In this document: one piece after another, positions 1-12,882 of the stretch | How the letters are laid out: each line of letters opens with the position of its first letter | Numbering within the stretch: position 1 is the stretch's first letter | From: Octopus sinensis | Taxonomy: Eukaryota | Reading direction: 5' to 3' | DNA: 64,000 bases | Assembly (NCBI RefSeq): GCF_006345805.1 | Contig: NC_042998.1 | Span: forward strand, 61,690,001-61,754,000 | The notes under the pieces: generated by a model | Told to the model about the DNA's origin: nothing | The model's input: the letters and a program-made list of their open reading frames with translations, nothing else | The model's database searches: none | Translations under genes and position numbers: made by a program

Positions 1-404
1 TCATCATCATCATCAGTGAGCCGGTAGAATTGTTAGCAAGCCAGACAAAGTGCTTTGAAACATTTCATCTGTCTTTATGTTCTGAGTTCAATTTCTGCTG
101 AGATTAACTTTGCTTTTCATGCTTTCAAGGTCATGGTGATGTTAATGACTTGGTCCTTGTCCCTAAAATTGCTGGCCATATACCAAAATTTGGAATTATT
201 GTTATTATCAAGCTAGCAAAATCATTATCATGTTGGGAAAAATGCTTAGCAGTATTTCTTCTGACTTTACATTCTGAGTTCAAATGTCACTGGGGTTAAC
301 TATGCTTTTCATCCTTTCAGGTTTGATAAATTAAGTAACAGTTGTGTACTGGGGTCGGTGTAATGATCCAGTACCAAACCACCACCAAATTTCATCATCA
401 TCAT

Positions 405-690
405 CGTTTAATATCTGCTTTCCATGCTGGCATAGGTTAGACGGTTTGACTGAGGGCTGGCATGCCGGAAGGCTGCACCAGACTCCAATCTGGCAAAGTT
501 TTTACAGCTGGATGCCCTATCTAATGCCAACCACTCTGAGTGTGTAGTGGGTGCTTTTTACGTACCACCAACACGGGAGCCAGTTAGGCACCACTGGCAA
601 GGATCATGCTTGAATGGTGCTTTTTACTTACCACCGGCACAGGTGCCAATCAGGCAGTACTGTCATCAGCCACGACAATGACTTGTATTT
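405..690 (-). mobile_element. (CAT)n/(GAT)n-tailed retroelement 3' fragment (family C, RTE-like tail) with internal ~55-62 bp repeats
   Basis: catcatcatcgtttaatatctgctttccatgctggcataggttagacgg... recurs at 1905-2185(-), 16200-16600(+), 18255-18695(+), 19265-19700(-), 28380-28670(+), 31510(-), 34545(+) and 35000-35295(+). Confidence 0.75.
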
Positions 691-1749
691 ATAGTGGAAA
701 CAATTATTATCAATAGTAGTTTTATTTACATTTTGAGTTCAAATCCTGCTGGGATCAACTTTGCTTGTCATCCATTTGTGAGCAATAAAGTACCAATCAT
801 GAACTCCCCTCAAAATTGCTGGCCTTGTGCCAAAACTAGAAATTATTATAAATATTGTTTTGTGTTCAAAACATTGGAATAAATATCTGTAAAACATCAT
901 TCCATGATTTGGGTTACAGATCTACCAAAGATTGAGAAGAACAGGATTGAGTCTACTATTCCTGAGGAAGTACAGTCTATGGAAAGGATTTGTACTTTCC
1001 TGATTACTACTCAGTTTTACTCATAGCTTGGGTTTATAGGGTATGATGGCAGAGGATACTTATGCTGTGGGATTGGAGGACTGCAATCTTTAAGTGATCT
1101 GGTGTGACTATGTAATGTAACATAATATTTGAATGTATTTCATCAAAGAGATATCTTGGTTGACCCACGGCTTGTGTGTGCAGATTTGGTAATTTGGAAG
1201 ACAGAAACTGAAAGAAGCCTGCTTTATTGTGTGAGTGCATTCGTCTGTGTATTTGTTTACATTTGCATCTTGAATATTGTGAGAGCTACAAATTGTGATG
1301 TTTTCATTCCTTCAGTTGACAAATTGTCCATTAGCTTTGCACCTTCAAAAATATGTAGAAGAGATCCCTTACTTGAAAAATTGGTAAGGATTAATAGCAC
1401 AAAGGGCATCTGGCAGCCAAGCAATGTCTCATCTAACCCGTGCTTGGATGGAAAAAATAAACATAAAAGCAAACGAACAAAATACACCATTACCCCTTCT
1501 TTATTGCTATCCATCACTGCCTCTCCATTGAATCATCTGTCAGTCATTCTTACAATGACCACCTTCACTCTTATTGACTATATCTGTTCTTATTATTGTC
1601 CCTTATTCTTAGGCGGCAAGCTGGCAGAATTGTTAGCATGCTAGGCAAAATGCTTAATGGTATTTTGTCCATCTTTATGTTCTGAGTTCAAATTCCACAG
1701 AAGTCAACTTCGCCTTTCATCCTTTCAGGGTCGTTTAAATAAGTACCAT

Positions 1750-2265
1750 TCTTTACATTTGACAGATATTTGTCCTCATCTTGTTTGTTGTTAACACAAC
1801 GTTTTGGCTGATATACCCTCCAGCCTTCATCAGGTGTCTTGGGAAAATTTTGAACCTGGGTTCTCATTCCTAAGGTATTTTTCGATGTTGTTGTTGTTAT
1901 TATTATTCATCAGTTAACGTCCACTTTCCATGCTAGCATAAGTTGGACGATTTGACTGAGGTCTGGCGAACCACATGGCTGGAGTTTCTACAGCTGGATG
2001 CCTTTCCTAAGGCCAACTACTCCGAGAGTGTAGTGGGTGCTTTTACGTGCCACCGGCACGAGGGCCAGTTAGGCAGTACTGGCAACGGCCATGCTTGAGT
2101 GGTGTTTTTATGTGCCACCTGCACAGGAGCCAGTCCAGAGGCACTGGCAACAACCTCACTCGAATGGTTTTTCACATGCCACTAGCTTTTATTATTATTG
2201 TTATTCAGGTCACTGCCTGGAATTGAATTTGGAATCTGAGGGTTAGTATCCCACACACTTAACCC
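1750..2265 (-). mobile_element. tRNA-headed SINE with hammerhead-bearing tail (family H), interrupted by a family C insertion
   Basis: Tail at 1750-1905 and reverse-complement head at 2190-2265. The same sequence occurs at 2350-2577(+) and 56178-56424(+). Confidence 0.75.
1793..1838 (-). ncRNA. Degenerate minimal type-I hammerhead ribozyme (family H)
   Basis: Minus strand reads gacac-CTGATGA-A-ggctg-gagggtatat-cagcc-AAAAC-GTT-gtgtt. Stems I and II pair; G12 is mutated to A. Confidence 0.55.
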
Positions 2266-2349
2266 TACAATATATACCGGTGTATTATTATTATTCCGGT
2301 CACTGCCTGGAATTGAACTCGGAATCTTGAGGTTATTAGCCTGCGCTCT

Positions 2350-2577
2350 TAACCCCAAGATTCCAAGTTCGATTCCAGGCAGTGACCTGAATAATAATAA
2401 TAACATTGAAAAATACCTTCGGAATGAGAACCCAGGTTCAAAATTTCCCCAAGACACCTGATGGAGGCTGGAGAGTATATCAGCCGAAACATTGTGTTAA
2501 CAACAAACAAGATGAGGACAAATATCCATCTAATGTAAATAATGTACATAATTCCTCATCTCTTAAATATAGAACTG
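2350..2577 (+). mobile_element. Family H SINE copy, head-to-head with inverted heads
   Basis: B-box-like GTTCGATTCC, an (AAT)n spacer, then the tail with hammerhead motif and an agatgagga/tcctcatct stem. Confidence 0.75.
2453..2498 (+). ncRNA. Degenerate minimal type-I hammerhead ribozyme (family H)
   Basis: gacac-CTGATGG-A-ggctg-gagagtatat-cagcc-GAAAC-ATT-gtgtt; two deviations from the family consensus. Confidence 0.5.
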
Positions 2578-2689
2578 TAAATAAGTTCCAGTTATGCACT
2601 GGGGCCAATATAATCGACTTAATCTCTTCCTCCAAATATGAGGCGTTGTGCTTCCAGTAGAAAATATTTTTATCCTTTTTTCTCTCTCA

Positions 2690-2990
2690 TCCCACACTCT
2701 TGCTAATCTCCTTCAAAATAGGATCCTCTGATTTCATTGCACTTGCAGCATGCCATCTACATCATGAAGATCCATGGAAGTCCTCCAAAGTAACTGTGTT
2801 CAGGACCCTTTGTCACAGCTTCCATCTTCTCAATGTCTTCAAAGTGACTTCCCCACAAGTTCTTCAGCTTGAGAAACAACCAAAAGTAGAGAGCGTGAGA
2901 GATGACAATTTTGACACCTGTCTCTGTCAAGTACTTTGTTACCAGGATGGAATTGTAACAAACATTGTTTAGTGTGGTGTGTTCAAAGTG
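2690..2990 (-). mobile_element. Mariner transposase C-terminal remnant
   Basis: Minus-strand frames give ILVTKYLTETGVKIV.., FWLFLKLKN..HFEDIEKMEAV.., TLEDFHG.., CNEIRGSYFEGD*, the typical mariner C-terminus, with frameshifts. Confidence 0.75.
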
Positions 2991-4779
2991 CTGTTACAGC
3001 TGCCTTTTTCAATCTGAAAATAAGAAAAACAAAATAGGGTGGTAGGTCAGCTTATTACATGCATTATAATCTTTTTTTTCATTTTTACTTGTTTCAATTA
3101 TTTGACAGTGGCCAAAGAATTTTTAGTCTAGTGAATTGACACTGGTACTTATTCTGTTGGTCACTTTTGTCAATCTGCTAAGTTACAGGGACATATGCGC
3201 ACCAACACTGGTCAAGCTGTAGTGGGGGACAAACACAGTCACAAAGACAAATACATATACTCATATACACACACACACATGATGAGCTTCTTTCAGTTTC
3301 TATCGACTAAATCCACTCACAAGGCTTTGGTTGACCCAAAGCTATAATGGAAGACACTTGACCTAGATGCTACTTCTTACCACACAGCCATGCAAAATTA
3401 AAATAATCTAAGACAGCTATAACTGCTTCTAAAAAAGTTTCAAATTGTCTGGAATGCATCTTTTGTTTTTTTTTTTTGCACTATCCCTGTGTCTGAGTTA
3501 ATTTTGCTAATAACCCTTCAGCTCTTCACTAATACAGTTGATTAAATCTGTTTCATCTGCATACTAATTCATCTTGGGGCAGGGAAAGTGCATGGAATAA
3601 TAGCTACATGTTTACCTTTGCTGATGCTAACAAGAAAGCATAGAAATGTTACTATGAACGGTTGCTGAATGAGTAGAAAGCATGGTACGGAGAGACAGGG
3701 AGGCCCTACTCCAAGTAGACCTAACGGAAAGACTGGTTGTAGAAGTTGACCCCCTATATGGTTGAAAGTGCAATTATGCATAATGAAGGTTTGGAAAACA
3801 GCTGAACGAAGATAGATGCTAAGATACTGAAAATGTCTGGCAATGTAAGATATGTACCTTTCACTCACCAAGTCAGTCAAGTATTATGGAGAAGTGTCAT
3901 CCTCAGTTCCTGGGGCAACAGAATTACCATTGCCACAAAGGTGAAGCAGATGCTCTAGAATGAAGCAACTACAGAATTATGAAATTGATGGATCAAGTTA
4001 TGAAAGTAAGAGAGTTATAGCATAACTAATTAGAAAGAAAATTAGCTAAGATAATAGGTACTGATATGGTTGTGTAGTTTAAAAAGCTTTCAGCTTTCAT
4101 TCTAATCATGTGGTCTTGGGTTCAGTTCCTCTGCATAGCACCTTGGGTGAGTGGATTTGATAGACAAAAACTGAGAGATGCCTGTCTTATATGTATGTGT
4201 GGCTTTGTGGTTAGGGTGTTGGATTCATGATTATAAGATTGTGGTTTCGATTCCTGGACTGGGCAACACTGTTCTTGAGCAACACACTTTATTTCACATT
4301 GCTCCAGTTCACTCGACTGGCAAAAATGAGTAATACTACGACAGATCAGCTTCTCATCCAGGTGGGGAATATGCCACTGAAACCGGGAAACTGGCCCTTA
4401 TGAGCCTGGCATGGCTCAAGAAGGAAACAGCTATTTTATCTTTGCACGTATCCTTCTGTTGACACAACATGGTGGTTGTAAATGAGCAGCAGCAACATAA
4501 AAGTGAGGTTTCAAATCTTCCATAAAAAACGTATCTAGTTATGACAAAGCATCTGGCTATAGAAAAATCTACCTCAACAAATTCTGTCTGACACATGCAA
4601 ACATGGAAAAGTGGGCATTAAATGATGAGATATAGTTTGGGTTTGTACCAGGACAGAGAGTATCAATGCCCTTTGTTTAGTGAAACAACTACAGTTCTTG
4701 ACTAAGAAAAAGTCACTATGCCTAACATTTGTTGACTTTTGTTACTCTGTAATCTGGTGGTTATTAAGAAAATAAAGTG

Positions 4780-5220
4780 TAGATGAATGGCTTGTGACAG
4801 CTGTGCATGTCAGGTACAAAGATGACATTGTCAAAGTGAGGGTTAATAAAATGAGTTAGGTGAGAAATTTAGTGTATAATTAGTTGTTTATCAGGGGCTC
4901 AGGTCTCGATCTCTTAGTTTATTACAGCTCTCCAGTCCATAACTGAGGAAGTTAAGTCTGGCTGTCCATGAGAACTTCTCAAGTTGTTGACCTATTTCTT
5001 TGACAGATTCTACCATCTCAGTGGAATCTGTCAAAAAAATGGAGAAAAAATTTCAAACATAGAAGCAAAACCTAGAATTGAGCAGCCTCAAAATGAATCT
5101 AGAGAAGACAAAAGTTTTCATTAACAGATATGGGATTCTATTGCCACCAGAAGGAGTAGCCATATTCAGTATGAAGTAAAGGAATAAGTAGGAATTTTAT
5201 ATGGAATGGCAAATGGGATT
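4780..5220 (+). mobile_element. Degraded RTE-like LINE reverse transcriptase fragment
   Basis: Eroded QGSxLSxLLF / SGCPWELL / KFQTxKQNLELxxLKMNLEKTKV-like blocks with stops and frameshifts. Confidence 0.55.
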
Positions 5221-5739
5221 TCTTTGTTCCTCCATAGACAGGCTAACAGAGTAAATAGTGAGAGCTCTATCATCATCATTTAACACCTGTTTTCCTTGCA
5301 GGCATGGGTTAGGGTTTGACAGGAGCTGGAGAGCTGCCCCAGGCTCCAGTTGTCTGTTTTGGCATGATAACCAGTAAAGTATCTGACTGTAAAAATACTG
5401 CCTCAAATAAGTACCCATCCAACCTATGTCAGCATAGAAAAACTGACGTAAAACAAATGATTATACATACGTATGTATAAACACACATATATATATATAT
5501 ATATATATATGGTAACCCTGTAGGTGCCAGTATCACAAAAGATACCCAGTACACTGTAAAGTGGTTGGCATTAGGAAGAGCATCCAGCCATAGAGACCCT
5601 GCCAGAACAGACAATTGGGGCCTTATGCAACTCCTGTCAAATTGTCCAATCCTTAGCACGAAAAATGAATGTTGTTGATGACGATGATGATAAATATTTT
5701 TGCATGTAAATGTATATATGTATCATCATCATCATTTAA

Positions 5740-5931
5740 CCCTTTCAATACCAACCCACCTCTGGCTCTGTAGTACAAATGTTTTGTTTTCAGAGGTTCT
5801 GAATTAATCTTCCACCAAACCTTAGTCACAATTTGTTCCTGACACTAGCTTTTTTTTCACTAAATTCTTTATTATAATGAAAATAATTTGAAAGAAACAC
5901 AGAGCATATGTGAAATATGGTAAGAAAAGGG
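5740..5931 (+). mobile_element. piggyBac-type MITE
   Basis: TTAA|CCCTTT...AAAGGG|TTAA. The TTAA duplication interrupts a family C tail (catcattTTAA..TTAAtctccactttccatgc). Confidence 0.75.
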
Positions 5932-7657
5932 TTAATCTCCACTTTCCATGCTGGCATAGGTTAGACGATTTGACTGGACTAGTGGGCCAGAGAGTTGCAC
6001 CAGGTTCCAGACCGATTTGGCATGGTTTCTGCATCTGGATGCCCTTCCCAACACTAACCACTCAGACTGTAATGGATGCTTATTACATACCACCAGCATA
6101 TGATGTATGTAATAAATACATGCTCATGGGAGGGTTTAAATTCAGCACTGCCTGGTCACTTGTTGCTTGTTAATAATTTAAGATTCTTCTTGATGTCCAG
6201 TTGGACCGGGTTGTTTCAGAGTTAAGAACCTCAGCCAGTGCCAACTGACAGTAACAGGATACACATCATCAACTGCTTTGCTCTTAGTTCAGCACTGAAC
6301 TCGCTTATCTGAAACTCTTCATTTATGTCAATAAATTTTCCATAAAACCTATTTCGGTCTTATTGACTTCTTGGCATTGTCAGTTTTATTATACATCATC
6401 ATCTTCTAACATAATTGATCCTATGACAAACTGACACATTTTATTGACTACTTTATGACCAATTAGTGTTCTGGGTATCTCATTTCAATAATTTTTAACT
6501 TCTTTACGACACATTGTTGGTTCTGTGATCCATCTCAGTCTTACTGATTTCTATATAACAGATCTCCATGTTATTGGCTTATTGATACTGTCTTGATATT
6601 ATAACCCCTCCCTCCAGGCCTACACTACTGCTATATCCATAAACATCTTGACCACATCCAAATAAAACCCACCTGATTGATTGGTATAAAGTTATGTGCC
6701 AGCTCCTAGTTGTGCTGTCTTCCCTCCCTCTCTCTCTCTCTCTCTCTCCCCATTCCTATAGCAGTCTCTTTTCCTCAGCACTGGCTGGTCTTGTGCAACC
6801 TCTATATGGACTCTCAAAATTTACTCATCTCTTCTAATTATTCTTATTGTGCATCTCCCACTCCTCAACTTCTAGACTCCACACTAAGAGGGAGAGTTTA
6901 TAGACTTTCTTCCTTACCAAGATTACTTCTACCAAATTTGTGGAATTACTCTCTTCATTGATGATGACGTTTGCTGTACTCTCCTAAAAAAAAAAAACCT
7001 AAATTTGCAGTTTACATTACATCCAACTCCACATTATCAATAATAGGTAATTCTTCCTAAAAAACTTTCCACTCCACCAGGTTCACCGTCACATAGACAT
7101 ACATGCCAAGTGCTGAAGTACATTTTGCTGCTTCAAACTAACAAAACTACCAAATTTGATAATGTCCCTTTTGTTACTCTCAAGTAATATGCCCCTATCC
7201 TTTCCAACCTCTTTAGTCCCTCCACACAGATATTTTCTGGTTGTTAGAAACATTCTACAGTGTATTCCATTTCCAGAAAGGGTGACCACTCTGAGCATGC
7301 CAACTTCTACATCATTTCACTCACTTTCAACATCTCAGAGGTAGGGGACAACTATTAACCCTCTACAACAACATGTATCCATCTCCCTCCTTAATGACCA
7401 CCAGTAATTTTTGTAATGCCTGACCTAGTGTTTTGTCTCCAACACAAATCTCTTAGAAAATTTATCATTATGGATCCATCAGTAAAACAGCAGGTGGTAT
7501 ATATCCTGTTATTATTTATCAGCTGTTCCTGGTTGAGGCACTTAACTCTGATGACCATGTGCAACTGAACGTAAAGAATAAAAAATATCGGATTATTAAC
7601 CAGTTACCAGCTAACATTGATTTTAAATTCTCCTATGAGCATGTATTCATACATGTA

Positions 7658-7711
<54 letters not shown>

Positions 7712-7929
7712 CATATAGATGTGTGACTCCCTATTAGGTCATTCCATCTCAGCACGTGATGGAGTAGTGGATCTTAAGATTCAGTTTTTGTCTCTCATAA
7801 TCTTCCTGCTCTACACAACGAACTTGCTTACCATCCCTACTAAGAGCAAGTGTTTGTGCTCATCTCTAATTTTCTACACTCCAAATTCCTTCACATGCAA
7901 TTTTGATACTTTATGCCAAACACATTGAC

Positions 7930-8480
7930 TCCATAAACAGGGACCTTTCATAACATCCTCTAAAGAAGTCCTGCTGATCTTGTCACTTCCAACAATAACC
8001 ATTCCTATGCAGATGATATGATCTTTCAATCCTCTCTAACCTTCCTCACATAAACACCACCCACAGTCAACAGAGGCAGTTCGGGTTCAAAACTACATTG
8101 CATTCATGAACAGACCTTTCAAAACATTTTCCAATGAAGTTCAGCCAATCTAGTTACCTTCCGCACCACAAAGACACAATCACTACATTTGAAGAAAATA
8201 CTTTTGTATTATCAACTCTTTTTCTTATGAACATGTAATTGAAACCCACAATATAGCAAGGACTGCTTTCCTCTTCAAGGCAACAAAATGCTTCAGACAT
8301 TTACTACTGGTTATCGAAAAAACTCTGGTTAGACTCACAAAGAAGTAGTTCTTCCATAGCTTGAATCGTACTACTGCTGCTGCTACACGCATCTTCAACA
8401 CATCCAAAGAAAAGTCACTTGAGTGACTGAAGTTACAAGTTCACAAATGTGCTGTCTCCTCTCTCTCTCCCTTATCTGTC
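7930..8480 (+). mobile_element. Old CR1/Jockey-like LINE RT remnant
   Basis: NNHSYADDM motif at about 8015, followed by eroded ..NLVTFxTTKTQSL.. and thumb-domain-like blocks. Confidence 0.55.
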
Positions 8481-9317
8481 ATTTTGGGGAGTATTTAAGG
8501 TATTGGTGTTTGATTTGAGGAAGGTTTAATTGCTATTCCTAGCAGGTTGAACAACCACATATCAGCTTCCTGATACATTTGTGGTTTCTGTTAAAGGTAA
8601 ATTAGATGAACTTAGTTACCACATGACAGTTGCTGTCTCTGTGCCTTTGATCTGGCTGGTCTCATGCAACCCTATACAAGTACTCCTCACTGCCCTCATC
8701 TCTGCTCTTTTAATTTCTCATATTGTGTCAACTTCTGGGCTCTTTACTAAGCGCTCGATCCAATCCTTCCTCAGAGCATTCTCCTCTGGAATTCTCTCTC
8801 TGCTCTGGCCTTGATTCTCATGCAACCATCAATTTGTAACTGCTAAAGAAAGTTTGTGAGGGTCAAGGTCACAACTTCTCCCTCAAGATGAAATCAATAA
8901 AACACATTTTAAAATTCAGTGCTTATTCATTGAGATATGCATTAGCAGCAGTGATGTTACAGCTAAGTCCACCTTGTTTGCCTTCTCTGTCACCACCAAC
9001 AAAACTTAGATGTATCAGGAAGTTGATATGTGGTTGCTCAACCTACTAGAAACATTTAAACTTTCCTCAAGTCATATGCCAATGTCTTAAATCAAAGAAA
9101 AGAGAGACAAGTTTTAACTGTTTGCCAAAAGGACAGGAAAGTTATAGCTGGAATACATTTAACCATATATCTACCATATGAGAATTGATCATAGGCTACT
9201 CATCAACAGGTTGGACCATAGAGACAAGTAACATGGAAAGACTTCTACACTACACCATACAGTAAACAGTGTGTGGTTCTCACCTAGATTCATATAAAAT
9301 TTTGTCATGAGAATTTA

Positions 9318-9838
9318 TCTATATCTATAAAAGGCAGGATGTGTGTGTACATGAATATACTTTATGCACATCCACAAATTAGCACGCATGTCGCTCCAAT
9401 TTTAGGAGGACATTGGTCACAACCATGGCTGTGCTTTTGTCAACTTATTTTTCCTCGAGGCACCCCCTGATATTGGTAAAAATAGCCTTCAAGCCATAAC
9501 CTTTACCGATTTTCATGTTGATAAAATCTGTAAGTTTGCTAACATGAGTTAAGTTCCCTGTCTTATAGATTAATTCACCCTACTATAATGCCTCCGAAAA
9601 AAATTAGATTTGGACTACCTAAGCAATCTCAGCGTAAGAAAAGAGAAAGAGCTGAAGAGACTGACTATCAGCAGATCCATTAGTAAAATATAACTTTTTG
9701 GGCCGAAACTGGCAATAAGAGCTTGCAAATATTCTGCTACAAAACATTTAACAATATCGAAGCAGTAACTTTCATAAATCAGGGTATAATTTTTGAAGAC
9801 TCTTTCTGAACCCTGTCAACAATGGGTATTTCTGCTAG
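9318..9838 (+). mobile_element. Non-autonomous Helitron
   Basis: 5' TC, 3' CTAG preceded by a degenerate hairpin. Inserted between A and T inside a hAT-like MITE whose uninterrupted relative lies at about 50490-50732. Confidence 0.7.
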
Positions 9839-10493
9839 TCTGCAATAAATTGGTTACACATCTACAATACACAAAATATTTTAACAATAACAATTTTTTT
9901 TTATACAGTTCCTAATAATATGTAATTATAAAAATATAAGATTTTTTTAAACATCGAATGACTGGAAGGATCCATTCGAGTAAAATTGGAATCAAAGGAG
10001 TCTATAGGTTAAAAAAAAAAATGGTTGAGAAACACTGATGTAGAGGCTTGGTATATCTGGAGTGCAGGATTTGTTATTCTCTTATACCTTTAATAGACCA
10101 TCTTTGTGATATAGGTCTATACCAGGGCTAACCAACCTGAGGCCTACGGCCTGCAAACTTCTATCTTGCAGCACACTTCATACTTTCTTGAAGTATAGTG
10201 TTTACTCTCAAAATAAAACTTTGTGTAAAACATTTGTTTCAAAATAAATTTTATATTTATAAGTGGCAATAAAGCAATGGCCTACAATTTTATTTTAAAC
10301 AAATGAAAAATTCTTGATTCTGTAATTTGATTATTTGACTATTAGTACATAAAATATACACGTGGCCTTCAAAAAACTTTCTGTGATTAAAGTGGCCCAC
10401 AATGTAATATTAATTTTACAAGTGATAGATTTAATCTGTTACTAACACCAACTCTTGGTCCTTGATAGATATCTTTTGTAGAGCCTATCCTAT

Positions 10494-10690
10494 AAGGTGG
10501 CGAGCTGGCAGAAACGTTAGCACGCCAGGCGAACTGCTTAGCGGTATTTCGTCTGCCATTACGTTCTGAGTTCAAATTCCGCCAAGGTCGACTTTGCCTT
10601 TCATCCTTTCAGGGTCAATAAATTAAGTACCAGTTACGCACAGGGGATCGATCTAATCAACTTAATCCCTTTGTGGGCAATAAAGAAAGA
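10494..10690 (+). mobile_element. tRNA-derived SINE (family A, Nin/Deu-domain-like core) with 27-bp TSD
   Basis: Head gcgagctggcagaaacgttagcacg and core gactttgcctttcatcctttc. Flanks 10467-10493 and 10691-10717 match at 26/27. Other copies at about 23240, 23870(-), 25495 and 26160(-). Confidence 0.8.
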
Positions 10691-12639
10691 AGATATCTTT
10701 TGTAGAGTCTATCCTATTAAAAACATTTATGATAGTTCTTCAGTTTCAAGCTAACTTTTTCCTTTCCACTCACCAATTTTAGCAGTCACAAAAGATCATG
10801 TCATGCTGCTATTATTTCTCTAAAATAGTAGAAAAACATCTACAAATAGAAAAGAACTTGTAAGCATCTAGCAGTAAAATAGAATTGGTTATTGAATGAA
10901 TGAATATATCAATATATTCTTTCTTGTGCTGCCAACACTTGATGGAATCATAGCATGTCTTGGTCAGCTTAAACCTGGTGAAGTCCATTCCCTCTAGAGA
11001 TCTGAATGCAATCAATTTCTCTCTTGAGACAGCTTGGTATATCTGGAGTACAGGAATCATTGTTCTCTTACATCTTCAAGAGACATCTATGTGACATAGG
11101 CCTATGCCCTCAAGGATGACCGAGGGCTATACTAATTTTAGAAGTGATACACTGAATCTGTTATTAACACCAACACACAGAGATAGAGGATCAATCCTAA
11201 TATTCATCAGGCACCTTTTTTATTTTTTACCAAAAAAGAAAAAAAGTCAACTTTAGCAAGAATTGAACTCAGAATGCAAAGAACAAGAACATATACCACT
11301 TCATTTACTTGATACTGTAACAATTCTGCCAATTTGCCTCTTTCCAGCATGGAAAATGGACGTTAAATGATGTATGTGTGTGTAGGCTTACCAATTCCAG
11401 TCAAACCATCCAACCCATGCCAGCATGGAAAGTGGATATTAAATGATGATATATATATTTGCGGGGAGGGTGTGATTTTTAAAATGGTTGAAATAAAGCA
11501 CTGAACTATTAGTTATGTTATTGGTAAAGAATTTATTCTTTTGGTCTTAATTCTTTGCTAAATTGACCTTGAGCTTTCTACAAACAGATCTGACATATTC
11601 TCAATGCTAGAACCAGGGCATAAAGATTAATGGCATTTCATCTGTTTTAAAGTTCTGAGTTGAAATTTCTTGGAGGTTACCTGCTTTTCACCCTTTCAAG
11701 AGTTATATAATCAACTAGCCCTTTCCAAAAATTTCAGACCTTGTCCCTTTGGTAGAAAGGAGTGTTGCTCTTCATGGAGTGTCTGCAGTGGTGTAACTAG
11801 AGTGTGTGTGGCTCTTCAGTTTGCCCCCACTTAAGCGATATGTTGCACAGTTATTATATTGATTGCTGCATTTGACGGTGAATAGTGTCGACATTAAAAC
11901 TGCTATTATTTGATTACAATACAGGCTTATAGCCTACAGCAGACCACACCTCCATAAAAGCACCCCTCATGTTGGTAATAAATTCATTTCTTTTCATTTT
12001 TATAGTACATTTTCTTCGAGATTATCTCATTGCTGCTTCAGTAAGTATTTGGAAGTTTATGCATAGCTTTACTGAAGATTTATAATAAGATCAAAATATG
12101 TCCAAAGTTGTCTCCCGTATTTGCCAGAATGAGTAAAATATTGAAGATTGATGTAACGTTTTCCATACCGCATTGATATTTCTAAATAGATTCTATAATC
12201 GTTTACTGCATTAAACATACCAACACTAAGTTTGGTTTTATGAGCTGATATTCAACTGCAAGCATTGATTTTTATCTATCCCACTTCGATCAAGGGGGGT
12301 GGGCATTACACCATATCGACACTATAGAACAAGAAGCATTGCTAAGAGACTTGATTTAATGATTTTTTCCCTCCCGTCCTGAACGTAGTAAGCTCGCCTC
12401 CCACTTAAACTGCCACCAGCTATTGTTAAAAAGACATTTGGTATCTCCCAATGGTAGGTGTGAAGAGTTTGAACAGTAGAAATATATTTTATCCCTCCGA
12501 TATAAAATCACAATAAACATACAGGTAAGAAAATTTTATGGAAAATAAAATAAAATAAATACAAATAGTGTATCGATAGTTTGTTGGAAGTTTTATTTTT
12601 AGGAATTATATTAAACATTGGATTTCCAGATAAATTTGG

Positions 12640-12730
12640 TGCCGCAGTGGTTGCCCACGTGACATGGTGAAGGGAGACAACTCCACAAGGCTAACTGACA
12701 AACCTCAACCTGAAGTGACCGGCAGAAAAC
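12640..12730 (+). promoter_or_regulatory. Probable TTC19 promoter / 5' UTR region
   Basis: GC/CpG-rich patch just upstream of the ATG, with an E-box (CACGTG, 12656-12661). The TSS is not determinable from sequence. Confidence 0.4.
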
Positions 12731-12882
12731 ATGATGAGGTATGTCAGTGCGTTGGGTCGGCTGTGGAAAAGTTATTCAATTCCTGTGCGCAGTCCTGTTA
12801 CCTTTTCTTTTGTCACAGGCAGAAGTGGGTTTTCATCAAGGTCACAGACGGTCCTGGTGCATAACATCACTAAACATTTCAG
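12731..12882 (+). CDS. TTC19: TTC19 homolog, coding exon 1 (mitochondrial transit peptide)
   Basis: ATG at 12731 encodes MMRYVSALGRLWKSYSIPVRSPVTFSFVTGRSGFSSRSQTVLVHNITKHF, which is R/S-rich with no acidic residues, as expected of a presequence. The exon is 152 nt and ends AG|GTTCGT (phase 2), matching the phase of the acceptor at 29077. It lies in a CpG-retaining region. Confidence 0.8.

Noticed and set aside
1129-1644. 171-aa ORF on the plus strand
   Set aside because: Patchwork over SINE fragments and simple repeats; no domain motif or splice support.
12511-12603. Strong donor CAG|GTAAGA at about 12524 and acceptor-like TTTTTAG at about 12603 (possible 5' UTR intron of TTC19)
   Set aside because: Cannot be supported without transcripts; it would place an out-of-frame upstream ATG (12664) in the mRNA.
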